Position numbers and translations under genes: made by a program. The notes beneath the pieces were generated by a model. It was not told the origin of the DNA and searched no databases. It saw nothing but the letters and a program-made list of their open reading frames with translations. A stretch of 63,699 bases of DNA, the filler included, from Octopus bimaculoides (Eukaryota): the NCBI RefSeq assembly GCF_001194135.2. It is 8 parts of 6 records of this genome, joined end to end, with 100 filler letters (N's around TTAATTAATTAA, not from the genome) between each part and the next. Parts side by side here need not be neighbours in the genome. Positions count along the whole stretch, not along the records: positions 15,084 to 36,261 come from NC_068989.1; positions 36,362 to 52,985 come from NC_068987.1; 6 more parts are not named here. One strand, written 5' to 3'. The number at the start of each line of letters is the position of its first letter. The stretch's first letter is position 1. Shown here piece by piece: positions 23,986-37,979 of the stretch.

Positions 23986-24832
23986 ACATATACATACATA
24001 TATATATGAGCTTGAGAGAGAAGTGAACATATATTTATTTAACCACATGACTTCCACAGCGTTCCACAGAAGCCATGTCGTATACTACTTATACATCGAT
24101 GTGTTAACTGCAGACTGGATAACGAATGCATACAGAATGCATATCAGAAACATCTGTAAGTCTACAATGCACAAATAAATGAATAAAGTTTGTTATTCAT
24201 GCGTTTCAATCATGAATGTATGACTCGTATGAGCATCATCGAACTTATGAACTTGTATTTCTGTCTACTTCTGTGAAACTTATTAGAATTCCTATTAACA
24301 TTTGATCCTTTTAAACAAGTCTTTATTTTTTTTCTGGAGTTCCTTTGAAACTTTAAACTCTACAAAACCCTTTTCTTATATGTTTTTCATTTTTATTTTT
24401 AACATTGATAAACAAATAATTTTTGAAAACGGTTTGGTAGTTGAAAGAAATCAACATGCATGCACGCACACATGCGCGTACACATCTGCATAAGGAAGCA
24501 TCCACAGACCAAATTTGTATTAAACTGAAATGCGTAACTACTGCATGAGTACAAGTTCGTCTACACACACGCATACACGCGCACGTACGACCGCATGCGC
24601 ACACGTGTACACACATATCAAGTTCACATGTTTTAAAACTCCAACAGCTCTCTGGACTTCAATACAAGAACCTCACCATTTTCTCAGTGATCGGATTCAA
24701 TCCTGCAAAGGAAAACAAAATAGTAAGCACTAACTACCAGAAATACCAACTCACGCATGCATGCACACATTGATGCATACAGGTATACACATGCACACGC
24801 ACACACACATACATGTATAAATGTTTATACAT

Positions 24833-24891
<59 letters not shown>

Positions 24892-25369
24892 NNNNNNNNN
24901 NNNNNNNNNNNNNNNNNNNNNNNNNNNNNNNNNNNNNNNNNNNNNNNNNNNNNNNNNNNNNNNNNNNNNNNNNNNNNNNNNNNNNNNNNNNNNNNNNNNN
25001 NNNNNNNNNNNNNNNNNNNNNNNNNNNNNNNNNNNNNNNNNNNNNNNNNNNNNNNNNNNNNNNNNNNNNNNNNNNNNNNNNNNNNNNNNNNNNNNNNNNN
25101 NNNNNNNNNNNNNNNNNNNNNNNNNNNNNNNNNNNNNNNNNNNNNNNNNNNNNNNNNNNNNNNNNNNNNNNNNNNNNNNNNNNNNNNNNNNNNNNNNNNN
25201 NNNNNNNNNNNNNNNNNNNNNNNNNNNNNNNNNNNNNNNNNNNNNNNNNNNNNNNNNNNNNNNNNNNNNNNNNNNNNNNNNNNNNNNNNNNNNNNNNNNN
25301 NNNNNNNNNNNNNNNNNNNNNNNNNNNNNNNNNNNNNNNNNNNNNNNNNNNNNNNNNNNNNNNNNNNNN

Positions 25370-25429
<60 letters not shown>

Positions 25430-25744
25430 GGTATCTGTAAATGACAATTCGAGGATGTTAGATCCATATTAGGGATTATATAATCCCAAAAAACCTCCAC
25501 TGGTTAATTCCGCATGTGCCATTTCTTTTTGAGCTTTACAACTTATAATTTATGTGTAGTGTTATTATAAAAATTTCAACATCTTCATATCAGACAAATA
25601 GATTATTCATACATCCATTTTACTCCAATTTCTTTCTTCTTTCAATATATATATGTATATATTATTTTATCCTTTTACTTGTTTCAGTCATTTTGACTGC
25701 GGCCATGCTGGAACACTGCCTTTTAATCGAAGTAATCTATGGCT

Positions 25745-25905
25745 TGAGTTATCTATGGCGTCCCCCTTGTTTGGATCTTTCTTCAGCAGCGTTACCGCTC
25801 CTCGGCTCACAAAACCGGGAATGCTCCCGTTCTGCTGCCAGTTGCAGTACACGGCCGCCAAGACTTCTCCAAACAAGTCTGGCATACAGTTGTAAAGCTC
25901 GTAGG
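25745..25905 (-). mobile_element. L1/Tx1-like RT N-terminal fragment
   Basis: YELYNCMPDLFGEVLAAVYCNWQQNGSIPGFVSRGAVTLLKKDPNKGDAIDN, the region just upstream of the RPI.LLN motif. Confidence 0.7.
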
Positions 25906-26329
25906 GCAAGAGAGATAGATAGATAGATAGAAAGAGAGAGACAGAGACAGAGAGATAGAGAGAGAGAGAGAGATACGTGCAATTGTACATTTCAGTATAG
26001 GTAGTTAAGAGTGTTATTTGAGTGCCCTTGTAAAGGTGTGGTACCCCAATGTAAATCCCAAGGCATCTAAGCCGGATTAAATTATGCGAGTCTTATCAGA
26101 CACACAAGGTCTTGAGTTCGAGTTGGGGTGGTGTATGCATGTGGAGAAGAGTGGAGCGGAATGGAGCAGAATGGGGGGAACATGTATTGCGTGATATACG
26201 GGTGACGATTGCTGTACACGCGGCGTGTGAGGGGTGTTGTAATGGGTAGCAAGTCGGGTATGGGTGGAATCAACCGCTCCTCGTTTTTAAAAGTCAGACA
26301 GAATAAAGCTGGAATGCATTTGTGTATGT

Positions 26330-26368
<39 letters not shown>

Positions 26369-26875
26369 TATGTGTGTATGTGTGTCTGTGCGTGTGAATG
26401 GGGGTGTATGTATATATATGTGTGCGTGTGTGTGTGTGTGTACGCCTGTGTGAGCGAATATATGTATGCAGGTGAGGAGTATTGTGCGCGTGACCGTGTN
26501 NNNNNNNNNNNNNNNNNNNNNNNNNNNNNNNNNNNNNNNNNNNNNNNNNNNNNNNNNNNNNNNNNNNNNNNNNNNNNNNNNNNNNNNNNNNNNNNNNNNN
26601 NNNNNNNNNNNNNNNNNNNNNNNNNNNNNNNNNNNNNNNNNNNNNNNNNNNNNNNNNNNNNNNNNNNNNNNNNNNNNNNNNNNNNNNNNNNNNNNNNNNN
26701 NNNNNNNNNNNNNNNNNNNNNNNNNNNNNNNNNNNNNNNNNNNNNNNNNNNNNNNNNNNNNNNNNNNNNNNNNNNNNNNNNNNNNNNNNNNNNNNNNNNN
26801 NNNNNNNNNNNNNNNNNNNNATACATATATGTATGTATATATGTGTGTATACGTGTGTATACAATCACAATCAGG

Positions 26876-26906
<31 letters not shown>

Positions 26907-27574
26907 ACACACACACACACACATGTATATGTATATGCGTGACATAATTTTTTATATATTTTCAGAATATTTCTTTTTCTTTATTTTTCTTCTTTTTGTT
27001 AAGGATGGGCGAGTTTTTTTTGTTCTCACGGCTGAACATAAGATCTGAAGCATTCATTTGACAGCAATACATATAGACATAGATTTTTATCTAGATTTAC
27101 ATTGTAATTTGTGAACAACGGCGTCGACGATATAAACGTTTGAATTACGGTTGCATTGCAATGACGGTGGCGAATAAGGAAGTATCTGTGTAATTCGGAT
27201 TGAGCAAATTGCACAAGGTGTTTGTCTTTGCTGTTGTTGTTGTTGTTGTTTTTTTGTTTTTTTTTGCAGGCTCAAAGATTTATCGGGTACTTTTTAAATG
27301 AGATAGACAATGTACACATAATAATAATTAAGAGTACTAACAAGCAGTACTATAATTATTAGTTTGTACAACACTTTTGCCACTCTTTCGGTCACTATAG
27401 TAGGTTCCAGTGACATGTATTGCAAGGTCACAGGTACTATTTTGACTTCAGAATTACTTTCTCCAAGAAGAACTGCTTCCCACACGGCTTTGTCAAAAAT
27501 AACGGAGTCCTTTTCTAACTCTGGGGAATCTATTTACCCCGTATATTAAACGCTTTATAAGTTAATTACACATT

Positions 27575-28028
27575 TTCGTCTTCGATCTCAGTGTTGCTTA
27601 GATTAGGAGTACTTAGATACGAAACGTTGTAACAAATCAGTGCTGGCTATAATTTCTATAGAAAATCTCTAGAGATAACCTTATCGTGTGATTTAATAGC
27701 ACTGCTAACACAGTAGAACACATTAATATACTTTGTAGCATATTATGACTGCATAACGAAATACGGTCTCACTATAAGTTATTAGTATTTACGTATCAGC
27801 TTCCAGGAATGCGTTATTTAGTGGCTGTTTAAGCAACGATTTCGTGGACAGTTAATGGGTTGGATTAGTGCTAATGAAGGAGAAAAAACTCGTGAAATAT
27901 GGCATATACACCCATTACCCATTTTTCATGCTCGATTTCATTGTTATTTCCTTTAGGTACTCGGATACGAAACGTCGTAACAAATTGGTGCTGCCTATAA
28001 TTTCTAAAGCAAATCTGTAGAACTGACC
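27575..28028 (+). repeat. Imperfect ~105-bp direct repeat pair (27575-27680 and 27925-28028)
   Basis: Both copies contain tact..gatacgaaacgt.gtaacaaat..gtgctg.ctataatttcta.ag.aaatct.taga. Confidence 0.8.
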
Positions 28029-28266
28029 ATAACAAGTTAACTCAAAATGTCTTGTCACTTTGTATGTGATCAGCTTGGACACCATAAAGACTAACTTAAA
28101 TAAATCTCAAAGAAAACTTACATAGATACATACATACATTCGTGGCTGTGTGATAAGAAATTTGTTTCCCATCTCCATGGTTCTGAGTTACCCTACTGCG
28201 CAACATTTTGGGCAAGTTTCACACACACACACACACAAACACATACAAACACACACACACATACAC

Positions 28267-28319
<53 letters not shown>

Positions 28320-29169
28320 NNNNNNNNNNNNNNNNNNNNNNNNNNNNNNNNNNNNNNNNNNNNNNNNNNNNNNNNNNNNNNNNNNNNNNNNNNNNNNNNN
28401 NNNNNNNNNNNNNNNNNNNNNNNNNNNNNNNNNNNNNNNNNNNNNNNNNNNNNNNNNNNNNNNNNNNNNNNNNNNNNNNNNNNNNNNNNNNNNNNNNNNN
28501 NNNNNNNNNNNNNNNNNNNNNNNNNNNNNNNNNNNNNNNNNNNNNNNNNNNNNNNNNNNNNNNNNNNNNNNNNNNNNNNNNNNNNNNNNNNNNNNNNNNN
28601 NNNNNNNNNNNNNNNNNNNNNNNNNNNNNNNNNNNNNNNNNNNNNNNNNNNNNNNNNNNNNNNNNNNNNNNNNNNNNNNNNNNNNNNNNNNNNNNNNNNN
28701 NNNNNNNNNNNNNNNNNNNNNNNNNNNNNNNNNNNNNNNNNNNNNNNNNNNNNNNNNNNNNNNNNNNNNNNNNNNNNNNNNNNNNNNNNNNNNNNNNNNN
28801 NNNNNNNNNNNNNNNNNNNNNNNNNNNNNNNNNNGTTCATTTACTTTCGTTCAGCGTCTGGCGGTCGTCTTAGAGTTGCCCCGTGTCAAAAAATATCATT
28901 CGTAGCAGACGTTTCCTCGACATCTTTCACAAGCTCTGAGAGTTGTTATCTATAATCATAAAAATTGAAAGTAATTCAAATTCAATGTTTTCTTGAAACA
29001 ACAAATTTCTATAGAGATTAGGATTTAAATTCCAGTCTATGAAAAGTTTCTGTTCTACAATACTCTAAAAGGAACGAAAAATTATCCATCAACTCGGGCT
29101 AATACGAACCAGCCTGGTAGGTGTAAAAGACTATTTGGTATCTCTTGTCAAGAGTACAAGTGACAGCCA

Positions 29170-29562
29170 TATCGCTGATGCTTGTTGTGCACTCCACTGT
29201 CGATATTTGATTGCTGTTATTCCGTGCATCTGTGTGTAAAGATCAATTGTGTTTTGCAGGGTTGTTTTATTTTTATTCTTAACTTAGAAATGGAGAAAGA
29301 CATAGTGCTAGATAGTGTTGCTTTTGGAAATTTCGTCAGCTTAACAATTTTATTGGCAGTGTGCCCGGCGTGCACCAAAACAACAATGGCGGAATGATTC
29401 TGTTGTTCCATGACTTTCTGTTGTCCAATCAGTTCGCTATTTACCTGAAAAATAAAGAGGATGATTAGATTTTTAAGCAAGCAAGGTTTTGTCAAAAAAT
29501 GAAATGTTAAACCCACTAAGTCAACGGCTTAAAATTGGTCTCAATTTATCTGCATGACTCTG
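29170..29562 (-). mobile_element. 5' end of a Tc1/maT-like element (TIR plus HTH start)
   Basis: Reverse complement starts TA/CAGAGTCATGCAGATAAATTGAGACC and encodes MEQQNHSAIVVLVHAGHTANKIVKLTKFPKAT. Confidence 0.65.
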
Positions 29563-31473
29563 TACATATATATATTACAGATAATCTCCCACGCTTAACA
29601 TATTAATGAAATTGAATTATTGAATTTATGGTCAAATTCGTTTGAGGTACTGCAATGGTCTAAGGATATTAGGCATAAGAATAAAAAGAAATATTAGGTT
29701 CATACAAATAGATATCTCCAACTGCCATGCATTCATCAACCTTTTCCCAATAAATAAGGTATTCATTTTTACGTGGAAAAACTCTAAACTAACTAAGAAC
29801 GAAGTCGACATTGTATTAGAAGTTAGGAAAACAATTATCGAATATCAAAGCAAACTTTGGACTTGGAAGGAAAGGCCAAGCAACTTCAATATCACTAAGT
29901 ATTTGGAACTTGGTTCTTATCGAACACACTAAAGTTATTTCTGTTCCATTCCATATTCTTATTATGGGTATTTCATTCCGTATCAGATTTTGTCCGCTTG
30001 TAAAGAAAAAAAAAGAACAATAACGGATTATTGCAAAATTTGATTATTTATAATCTCCCAAATAGTGTTACTGCAGTTGTTGTTGTTTTTGTTGTTGGAT
30101 TGGCAGAAAAGTCTGCGCACCGGAAGCTCTGTATGTATATTCTGAATTCAATTTTCCTATTAATACTTGCTGTGGCCGACATAATCTCTGAACTCCTATC
30201 CTTCAAAATGGCCCGTCCTGTGATTAAATCAGAAAGCAATACAAGTGGATTAGCAGAATAGCTAAGTCCTCGAAAATGCCTTGCAGCATTTTTATCAAAA
30301 TCTTTACGATCTGAGTTCAAATTTGACCGGGATCAGTCAATCAGACAGGGAGGTATGTATACAGATAGACAGACAAACAGACTGACAGATAGATAAATAC
30401 GTATATATCTAGATATGCATCAATGTATATATGTATGCATGTATGTATGTTTGTATGTATGTTTTTACGCGTTGCATGCATGAATGTATGTATGCATGTA
30501 TGTATGTATGTATGTATCTATGCATGCCTATATACATGAATGTATGCATGTATTTATGTATCAATGTATGTATGTATATATGTATGTATGCATGCATGCA
30601 TGTATGTATGCATGGATGAGTGCATGCATCTATGTTTGTACGTATGTATGTTTGCATGCACGTATGAATGTATGTATGTATATATGTATGTACATATGCA
30701 TGCATATATGCATGTATGTCTGTCTCTCTCTCTGTCTGTATGTATGCATGTATGTATACTCTTTAATTCATATATTTTATATTTCTACGTAGATATACTC
30801 ATTTCACTAGCGATATACTCCTTTACACAATGCGATATGCTCCTTTCGCTATCTTTGAACAGATAGTTACAATTATATCGGCTCCATATCTCTCTGTTAA
30901 ATAACATTCCAGTTCCCGGGGAATGCCCTGTTTCTGTTTGCCCATACTGTAATACGCCATTTATTTCATCCTTTATTTCAGCATCTCTTTAACCAAAATG
31001 GCCACATCTATAACCACCCTAGCCATGAAGAAACTAATTTCTTTTACGACTTTTATCTTTCATCTTTTATCTTTTACTTGCTTCAGTCTTTAGACTGCGA
31101 CCATGCTGTAGCACTATCTTGAAGAATTTTTAGTCGAATGCATCTATCCAGTACGTTTTTGTTTTCAAACCTAGTACTTATTCTATAGGGCTGTTTTACC
31201 TAATCGGTAACTTACGGGGACTTTAAAACGCTAGCATCGGTTGTCAAACGGTGGTGGTGGGGTGCAGTGGGGTGGGACAAGCACAGACACAAAGACACAC
31301 GTATACACACTCACACTCACATACATACTTACATACATACATACATATATGTAAAAAAAAAACGTCCGATAGAATAAGTGCTAAGCTTGCAAAAAATAAG
31401 TCCTGGGTCGATTTGTTCGAATAAAGCGGTGCTCCAGCATGTCCGCAGTCAAATAACTGAAACAAATAAAAGA

Positions 31474-31506
<33 letters not shown>

Positions 31507-32664
31507 CATATGATATCTCCACAATGTGTTGATGAAGAGAAAACATGTATTCGCTACCAATATAGCAAGAGATTTATATATATATGTATGTATACACACA
31601 CACGCATACACATATATACATACATATATTCATACATACATACATACATTCACACACACTTACAAACATACATACATACATACATACATATTAATTTTTA
31701 TGCCTATATACGCATGTATATGTGTGTATGTGTGTATATGGATGTATGTCCTTATGTGTGTACGTGTGTTTTCAAAATGGACCGATGATTCAGTCAGAAT
31801 GAGAACGTTAAAAGCCTTAGACGGAGAGAGCTTTGCAGTTGACATGCATGTCAAGTAGTCAGACCAGCTACACATGTTCATGTATGCATGCAGGCTTTGC
31901 ATGGGTGTAAAATTTGTAAACAAGTCGGTTGTCTGAGACAACGACTGGTTGTCTCAGGGGCAGTTAGGAGGGAGGAAATCAGGTGACTCATACGGACACA
32001 CAGGCACACACACAGACACACACACACATACACACATACATACTTACATTTACGTGCAAACGTGTACACACCTGCACAAATACGTACATATACGAACACG
32101 CATATAGAGCCACAAGCTGACCCGTACGCAAACACAAGCACACACATACACACATAGAGACACTCAAATACATATTATGGCTAAACATTCACATAAGCGG
32201 TTGTACACACAGATACACATACACACACGCGCACGCATCCGACATACGCATACACATACATATAGACTCACACATTCATACAATGTATATGCTCTCGGTG
32301 AAACGGTCCTATACACAGACGCTCGCGCAAAGGCACAAACAACTGCACGCACACACACAAACACACACACACACACACACATGCATAAGGATGCACAAAC
32401 ACACACACGCAAACGAACAAAAAACATAGAAAAGCACAAACGCACGCGAACACACGCAGACAGTCACATATACATATGCAATGCATAGATACTCAGTGAT
32501 TTACATGTACACATACACACGCCTAAGTAGACACGCGCGCGCGCGCACACACACACACACACACAAACATCTATGTATTTACAAACATATATAAAATAAT
32601 ATCCGTACACATACATGAACTGTGTATGTTTCTACTGAATAAAGTTTGTCTGGCTCGCGCCCAC

Positions 32665-33498
32665 AGTGGTTGTGGTGTCGTTGCTTTCGTTGTTGTTGTT
32701 GTCGGTGGTGGTGGTGATGGTGGTGGTGATATCATCATCATAATGGTGGTGGTGGTGGTGATGGTGGTGGTGATGGTGGTGGTGATATCATCATCATAAT
32801 GGTGNNNNNNNNNNNNNNNNNNNNNNNNNNNNNNNNNNNNNNNNNNNNNNNNNNNNNNNNNNNNNNNNNNNNNNNNNNNNNNNNNNNNNNNNNNNNNNNN
32901 NNNNNNNNNNNNNNNNNNNNNNNNNNNNNNNNNNNNNNNNNNNNNNNNNNNNNNNNNNNNNNNNNNNNNNNNNNNNNNNNNNNNNNNNNNNNNNNNNNNN
33001 NNNNNNNNNNNNNNNNNNNNNNNNNNNNNNNNNNNNNNNNNNNNNNNNNNNNNNNNNNNNNNNNNNNATCATCATAATGGTGGTGGTGGTGGTGGTGGTG
33101 GTATCATCATCATAATGGTGGTGGTGGTGGTGGTGGTGGTGGTGATGGTGATGGTGGTGGCGGTGATGGTGGTTGTGCAATTGATTTTCATGGTGATGGT
33201 GGTGGTGGTATCATCATCATAATGGTGGTGGTGGCGGTGATGGTGGTTGTGCAGTTGATTTTCGTGATGGTGGTGGTGGTGGTAGAAATCACTAATTATG
33301 ATGATGACGTTGATGACGGCGACCACGACCACGACGAGGACGACGATGAAAATGATGATGATGATGATGATGACGACGTTGATGATGATGAACACGTTGA
33401 TGATGATGATGACGTTGGTGATGATGTTGATGATGATGATGATGATGATGATGATTATGAATGACGACAACGACGGCTGCGACATCGAGGACGACGAC

Positions 33499-33570
<72 letters not shown>

Positions 33571-33590
33571 AGGGAGGAGGAGGAGGCCAT
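32665..33590. repeat. Compound (GGT)n/(GAT)n/(ATC)n trinucleotide array with higher-order units, gap inside
   Basis: Read directly; the unit ggtggtg..tatcatcatcataatggtggtg recurs on both sides of the gap. Confidence 0.9.
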
Positions 33591-33888
33591 CGGTGTTTAT
33601 CGTTGCTATGGCAGCAACAGGAGTGCTGGAGATTTGTTTTTCCAGTAGGAGGTAAAAATGCTGGCGGTTGCGAATTGGGAACGGTGTCGATGGTTTACAT
33701 ACAACGAAGGTGTGTCTTTCTATCAAACGATTTGGAACTGTACCAAAATATCTAGCACGAAATCCAACAATATTTCAACCATCACTATCCCCAACCGTAA
33801 TGCCACCACCGTCACTTTTCCCACCCGGCCATCACACCAGCACTCGCTACCAACGCCATCATCACTACCATCCTTAATTTTCGTTTTC

Positions 33889-33936
<48 letters not shown>

Positions 33937-33986
<50 letters not shown>

Positions 33987-34186
33987 GTTCAGTAGTTTTA
34001 TTTTTATAACGTGCTTTCACTTCACTACCGAGCGCAGCTCTGTGCGCCTTGGGTATGTGCTGTGGTTTGCTGTGGTGCTCTTATGTTTACTGTATTGAAA
34101 GTGTTTTGCGTAGAATGTGTGCAGTACCCAGTAGTGCAATTTTCTGTATGTTATATATATTTGTAAGTCCTGGTGTTTTTGTTATG
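33937..34186 (-). mobile_element. R4/Dong-like LINE 3' end with (TAA)n tail
   Basis: ...IQKIALLGTAHILRKTLSIQ* (stop at 34087), about 100 bp of 3' UTR, then (TAA)n on the minus strand. Confidence 0.8.
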
Positions 34187-35080
34187 NNNNNNNNNNNNNN
34201 NNNNNNNNNNNNNNNNNNNNNNNNNNNNNNNNNNNNNNNNNNNNNNNNNNNNNNNNNNNNNNNNNNNNNNNNNNNNNNNNNNNNNNNNNNNNNNNNNNNN
34301 NNNNNNNNNNNNNNNNNNNNNNNNNNNNNNNNNNNNNNNNNNNNNNNNNNNNNNNNNNNNNNNNNNNNNNNNNNNNNNNNNNNNNNNNNNNNNNNNNNNN
34401 NNNNNNNNNNNNNNNNNNNNNNNNNNNNNNNNNNNNNNNNNNNNNNNNNNNNNNNNNNNNNNNNNNNNNNNNNNNNNNNNNNNNNNNNNNNNNNNNNNNN
34501 NNNNNNNNNNNNNNNNNNNNNNNNNNNNNNNNNNNNNNNNNNNNNNNNNNNNNNNNNNNNNNNNNNNNNNNNNNNNNNNNNNNNNNNNNNNNNNNNNNNN
34601 NNNNNNNNNNNNNNNNNNNNNNNNNNNNNNNNNNNNNNNNNNNNNNNNNNNNNNNNNNNNNNNNNNNNNNNNNNNNNNNNNNNNNNNNNNNNNNNNNNNN
34701 NNNNNNNNNNNNNNNNNNNNNNNNNNNNNNNNNNNNNNNNNNNNNNNNNNNNNNNNNNNNNNNNNNNNNNNNNNNNNNNNNNNNNNNNNNNNNNNNNNNN
34801 NNNNNNNNNNNNNNNNNNNNNNNNNNNNNNNNNNNNNNNNNNNNNNNNNNNNNNNNNNNNNNNNNNNNNNNNNNNNNNNNNNNNNNNNNNNNNNNNNNNN
34901 NNNNNNNNNNNNNNNNNNNNNNNNNNNNNNNNNNNNNNNNNNNNNNNNNNNNNNNNNNNNNNNNNNNNNNNNNNNNNNNNNNNNNNNNNNNNNNNNNNNN
35001 NNNNNNNNNNNNNNNNNNNNNNNNNNNNNNNNNNNNNNNNNNNNNNNNNNNNNNNNNNNNNNNNNNNNNNNNAAACACAG

Positions 35081-35172
<92 letters not shown>

Positions 35173-35895
35173 GACGGGTTTCTTTCAGTTTCCGTCTACC
35201 AAATCCACTCACAAGTCTTTGGTCGGCCTGTGGCTATAGTAGAATACACTTTCCCAATAGTCAACAATGTTTGTAGGGGTTTGGATAAAAATGGTGAGAT
35301 TGAAGAAGGAGCGAAAAGAAATAAAATAAAAAGTCAGAACACAGAATAAGTGAATACAAAGATGATGCGGTCCTCCTAGCACAGAAAATTCCCCAATTAG
35401 GCCAATTATGGCACCCCCAGCTTCAAGATCACTTTGACCAGTAAAAGGGACGCACCCTTACCTAACTGTTGTTCGCCAGTTTTCTGACGCATGTAATGCT
35501 AAAATAGTGCTCTGTTTTTCTTTTTTTTACTGAGGCACAATACCTGCACTTCTGAGAAGAGGTAATTAATCGTTTAAGTCAATCCTAGCACTTTACTGGT
35601 ATGATATTTTATCGATCCTTGGGGTAGAGAGGAAGAGAAAGTTGTTCTCGGTAGGATATGAACTCAGTTCGAAACAGCCGGAATATGTAACGCAAAACAT
35701 TTTTGTCCGACGCTCCAACGATTCTGTCAATTCACCTCCCTTAAGCATTGCTTTAAACCAGTGATCATCAAACAGCGTCTATATGACCACAAGATTTTGT
35801 TCTTAAAATTATTTACGTGCATAAATTGGTTGTACTTCTACTATAAACAAAATATTCTTATTATTTTAAATACAATTCCTAATAATATTTAATTA

Positions 35896-36252
35896 CAGTA
35901 GAACCTCACAGTGCGAGTGCACCACTGTCCGAATAATTTGCTGTACGAGCCGAGACACGTGCGAATTTTTGTCTTGAAGTACGAGCCAAAATTCGCAGTA
36001 CGAGCACACAAATCGTTCCATCTTTACGGCAATTCAGTTAATAAAATCAGTTTATATATTTCTTTTGTATTCTCTTTTTATAATTGTCATTTTACTTGTA
36101 ACTACACTTTTTTTGAGTGGTTTTGATGGGCTGGAACGGATTACTTATATTTTAGTTAATTTCAATGGGAGAAATTGATTTTCAAAACGAGTAAATCGTA
36201 AGACGAACTCGGTCATGGAACGAATTAAACTCGTACTACGAGGTAATCACTG
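35896..36252 (+). mobile_element. Tigger/pogo-like MITE
   Basis: TA/CAGTAGAACCTC at the left, CGAGGTAATCACTG at the right; no ORF. Confidence 0.7.
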
Positions 36253-36619
36253 TGTCAAAATNNNNNNNNNNNNNNNNNNNNNNNNNNNNNNNNNNNNNNN
36301 NNNNNTTAATTAATTAANNNNNNNNNNNNNNNNNNNNNNNNNNNNNNNNNNNNNNNNNNNNATATATATATATATATATATATACACCGGTCATTTTTCA
36401 ATTTCCATCTACCAAATCCACTCACAAAGCTCTGATCAGCCGAAGGCTATAGTAGAAAACACTTGCCCGAGGTGCCACACAGTGAGACTGAACCTGGAAC
36501 CATGTGGTTGGGAAGCAAGTTTCTTACCACACAGCCACACCTATGCCTATGTGTATGCTAGATATGCATGTCTATGTGAGAAATTATGTGTGTGTGTGTG
36601 TGTGTGTGCGTGCATATGT

Positions 36620-36925
36620 GTGGGCGGATGGAATGAGGAAAGCTTTGGTGGTTAGATGTGTAGGAGTGAGAGAGACAAGAGAGTTTATAAATGATAGGAA
36701 AGCTTGGAGAATGTTTGTGGATGGATGAGTGAATTTGATGTTGCTCAAAGGGGTATGGAACCAGCATGAATTGGCAGGGGTAAACCAGCATATGCTGTCG
36801 GGCCCCACTGCTGATATTGGGGGTTGCATTCTATGCCGTGACCCGAGCATAGGATGGGGCTCGCTTCTTTGAGCTTGGAAATGAATGGAATGTCTGGTGT
36901 GTGTCTTGTTGTGGGTACTCCCTCC
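36620..36925 (+). mobile_element. RTE-like LINE 3' fragment
   Basis: WADGMRKAL...DRKAWRMFVDG* resembles an RTE C-terminus, followed by UTR-like sequence. Confidence 0.55.
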
Positions 36926-36979
36926 TAAAAAAAAAAAGCAAAAATGGGGAATAGGCTTGGGTATATGTATGTATGTGTA

Positions 36980-37010
<31 letters not shown>

Positions 37011-37681
37011 TGTATGTATATGTGTGAAAGATGTTAATGTTTATGTGAGAATCTACGTGTGTGTGTATGCATGTGTGTGTGTGTGTGCATGCGAATTATT
37101 GGAAATAGAAAGAAAAGGGTGTGAAAATAAGATGAAGAGAAGGCTTGAGAAAGGCAGTTTAAGAGAGGGTGTGCCTACATGACAACTACAATATGTCATA
37201 CGACTGGGAAACTGACTGAATGGAAAGAGCAGACATTTTCTGGAGCCATGATATATTGTAGTTTTATTTGAATTTCATATTGCCAAAGAAAGAAAATGCT
37301 GCTACTGCTGCTGCAGCTGTTGTTGTTTCTTTTGATATTCTAATAAATGGTGTTGTTGTTGTTGTTGTTGTTTTTGTAGTTATTTTGTGTTGTTGTTACT
37401 GTTTTCGTAACTTGATGTACTCATGTTTCTACAGCAGCTCTCGGTATAGTAATTTTCTGTTGTAATCGTTGTTGTTGTTGTTGTCATTGCAGTTGCAGCT
37501 GCTGCTACTGTTTATCCCTGTGTGAACCCTGCTCCAGAAGACCTACAATCGAAAGCACTCCAGTTATGAGCTCTCTGTATAATTTCTACTCAAACATTGT
37601 GTATCTTATTACTACATGACTCAATGTAATTTTAGTTACCATTTATTTTAAGATGGAAATTTGACTGCTATTTCTCTAGTG

Positions 37682-37979
37682 CAGGGGTTTTCAAACGTTT
37701 TGACTTGCGGACCCCTTTATATTTCAGGCTTTACCTTAGGGACCCCCTTATAAACACTTATGAAATTTATACATAAATATTTGCTTAAAATAACATATAT
37801 TTTTTACATTTATTTATTTAACAGTATTTAACAAATAGGTTTATTGTCAATTAAAAGATTTCGATTAAAAAACATGTATAAAATCAAATTGCCCATAAAA
37901 AGTATTTGCTGTCCATGGACCCCTTGTCTTCTCCTTGAGGACCCCCTGTGGTCTGCGGATCACAGTTTGAAAACCCCTG
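37682..37979. mobile_element. hAT-type MITE (298 bp)
   Basis: TIRs CAGGGGTTTTCAAAC / GTTTGAAAACCCCTG; 8-bp TSD ctctagtg / ctctagta (7 of 8 match). Confidence 0.92.

Noticed and set aside
32600-32665. aataaagtttgtctggctcgcgcccaca as an LTR 3' end
   Set aside because: No matching TG 5' end, TSD or PBS can be identified in the CA-rich upstream sequence.
33620-33715. Possible small exon after tttgtttttccag (MLAVANWERCRWFTYNE)
   Set aside because: No recognisable homology or partner exon, and it lies between simple repeats.
33222-33726. Poly-Asp, poly-Met, poly-His and poly-Ile ORFs
   Set aside because: Products of (GAT)n/(GGT)n repeats open in several frames at once, with no flanking protein-like sequence.
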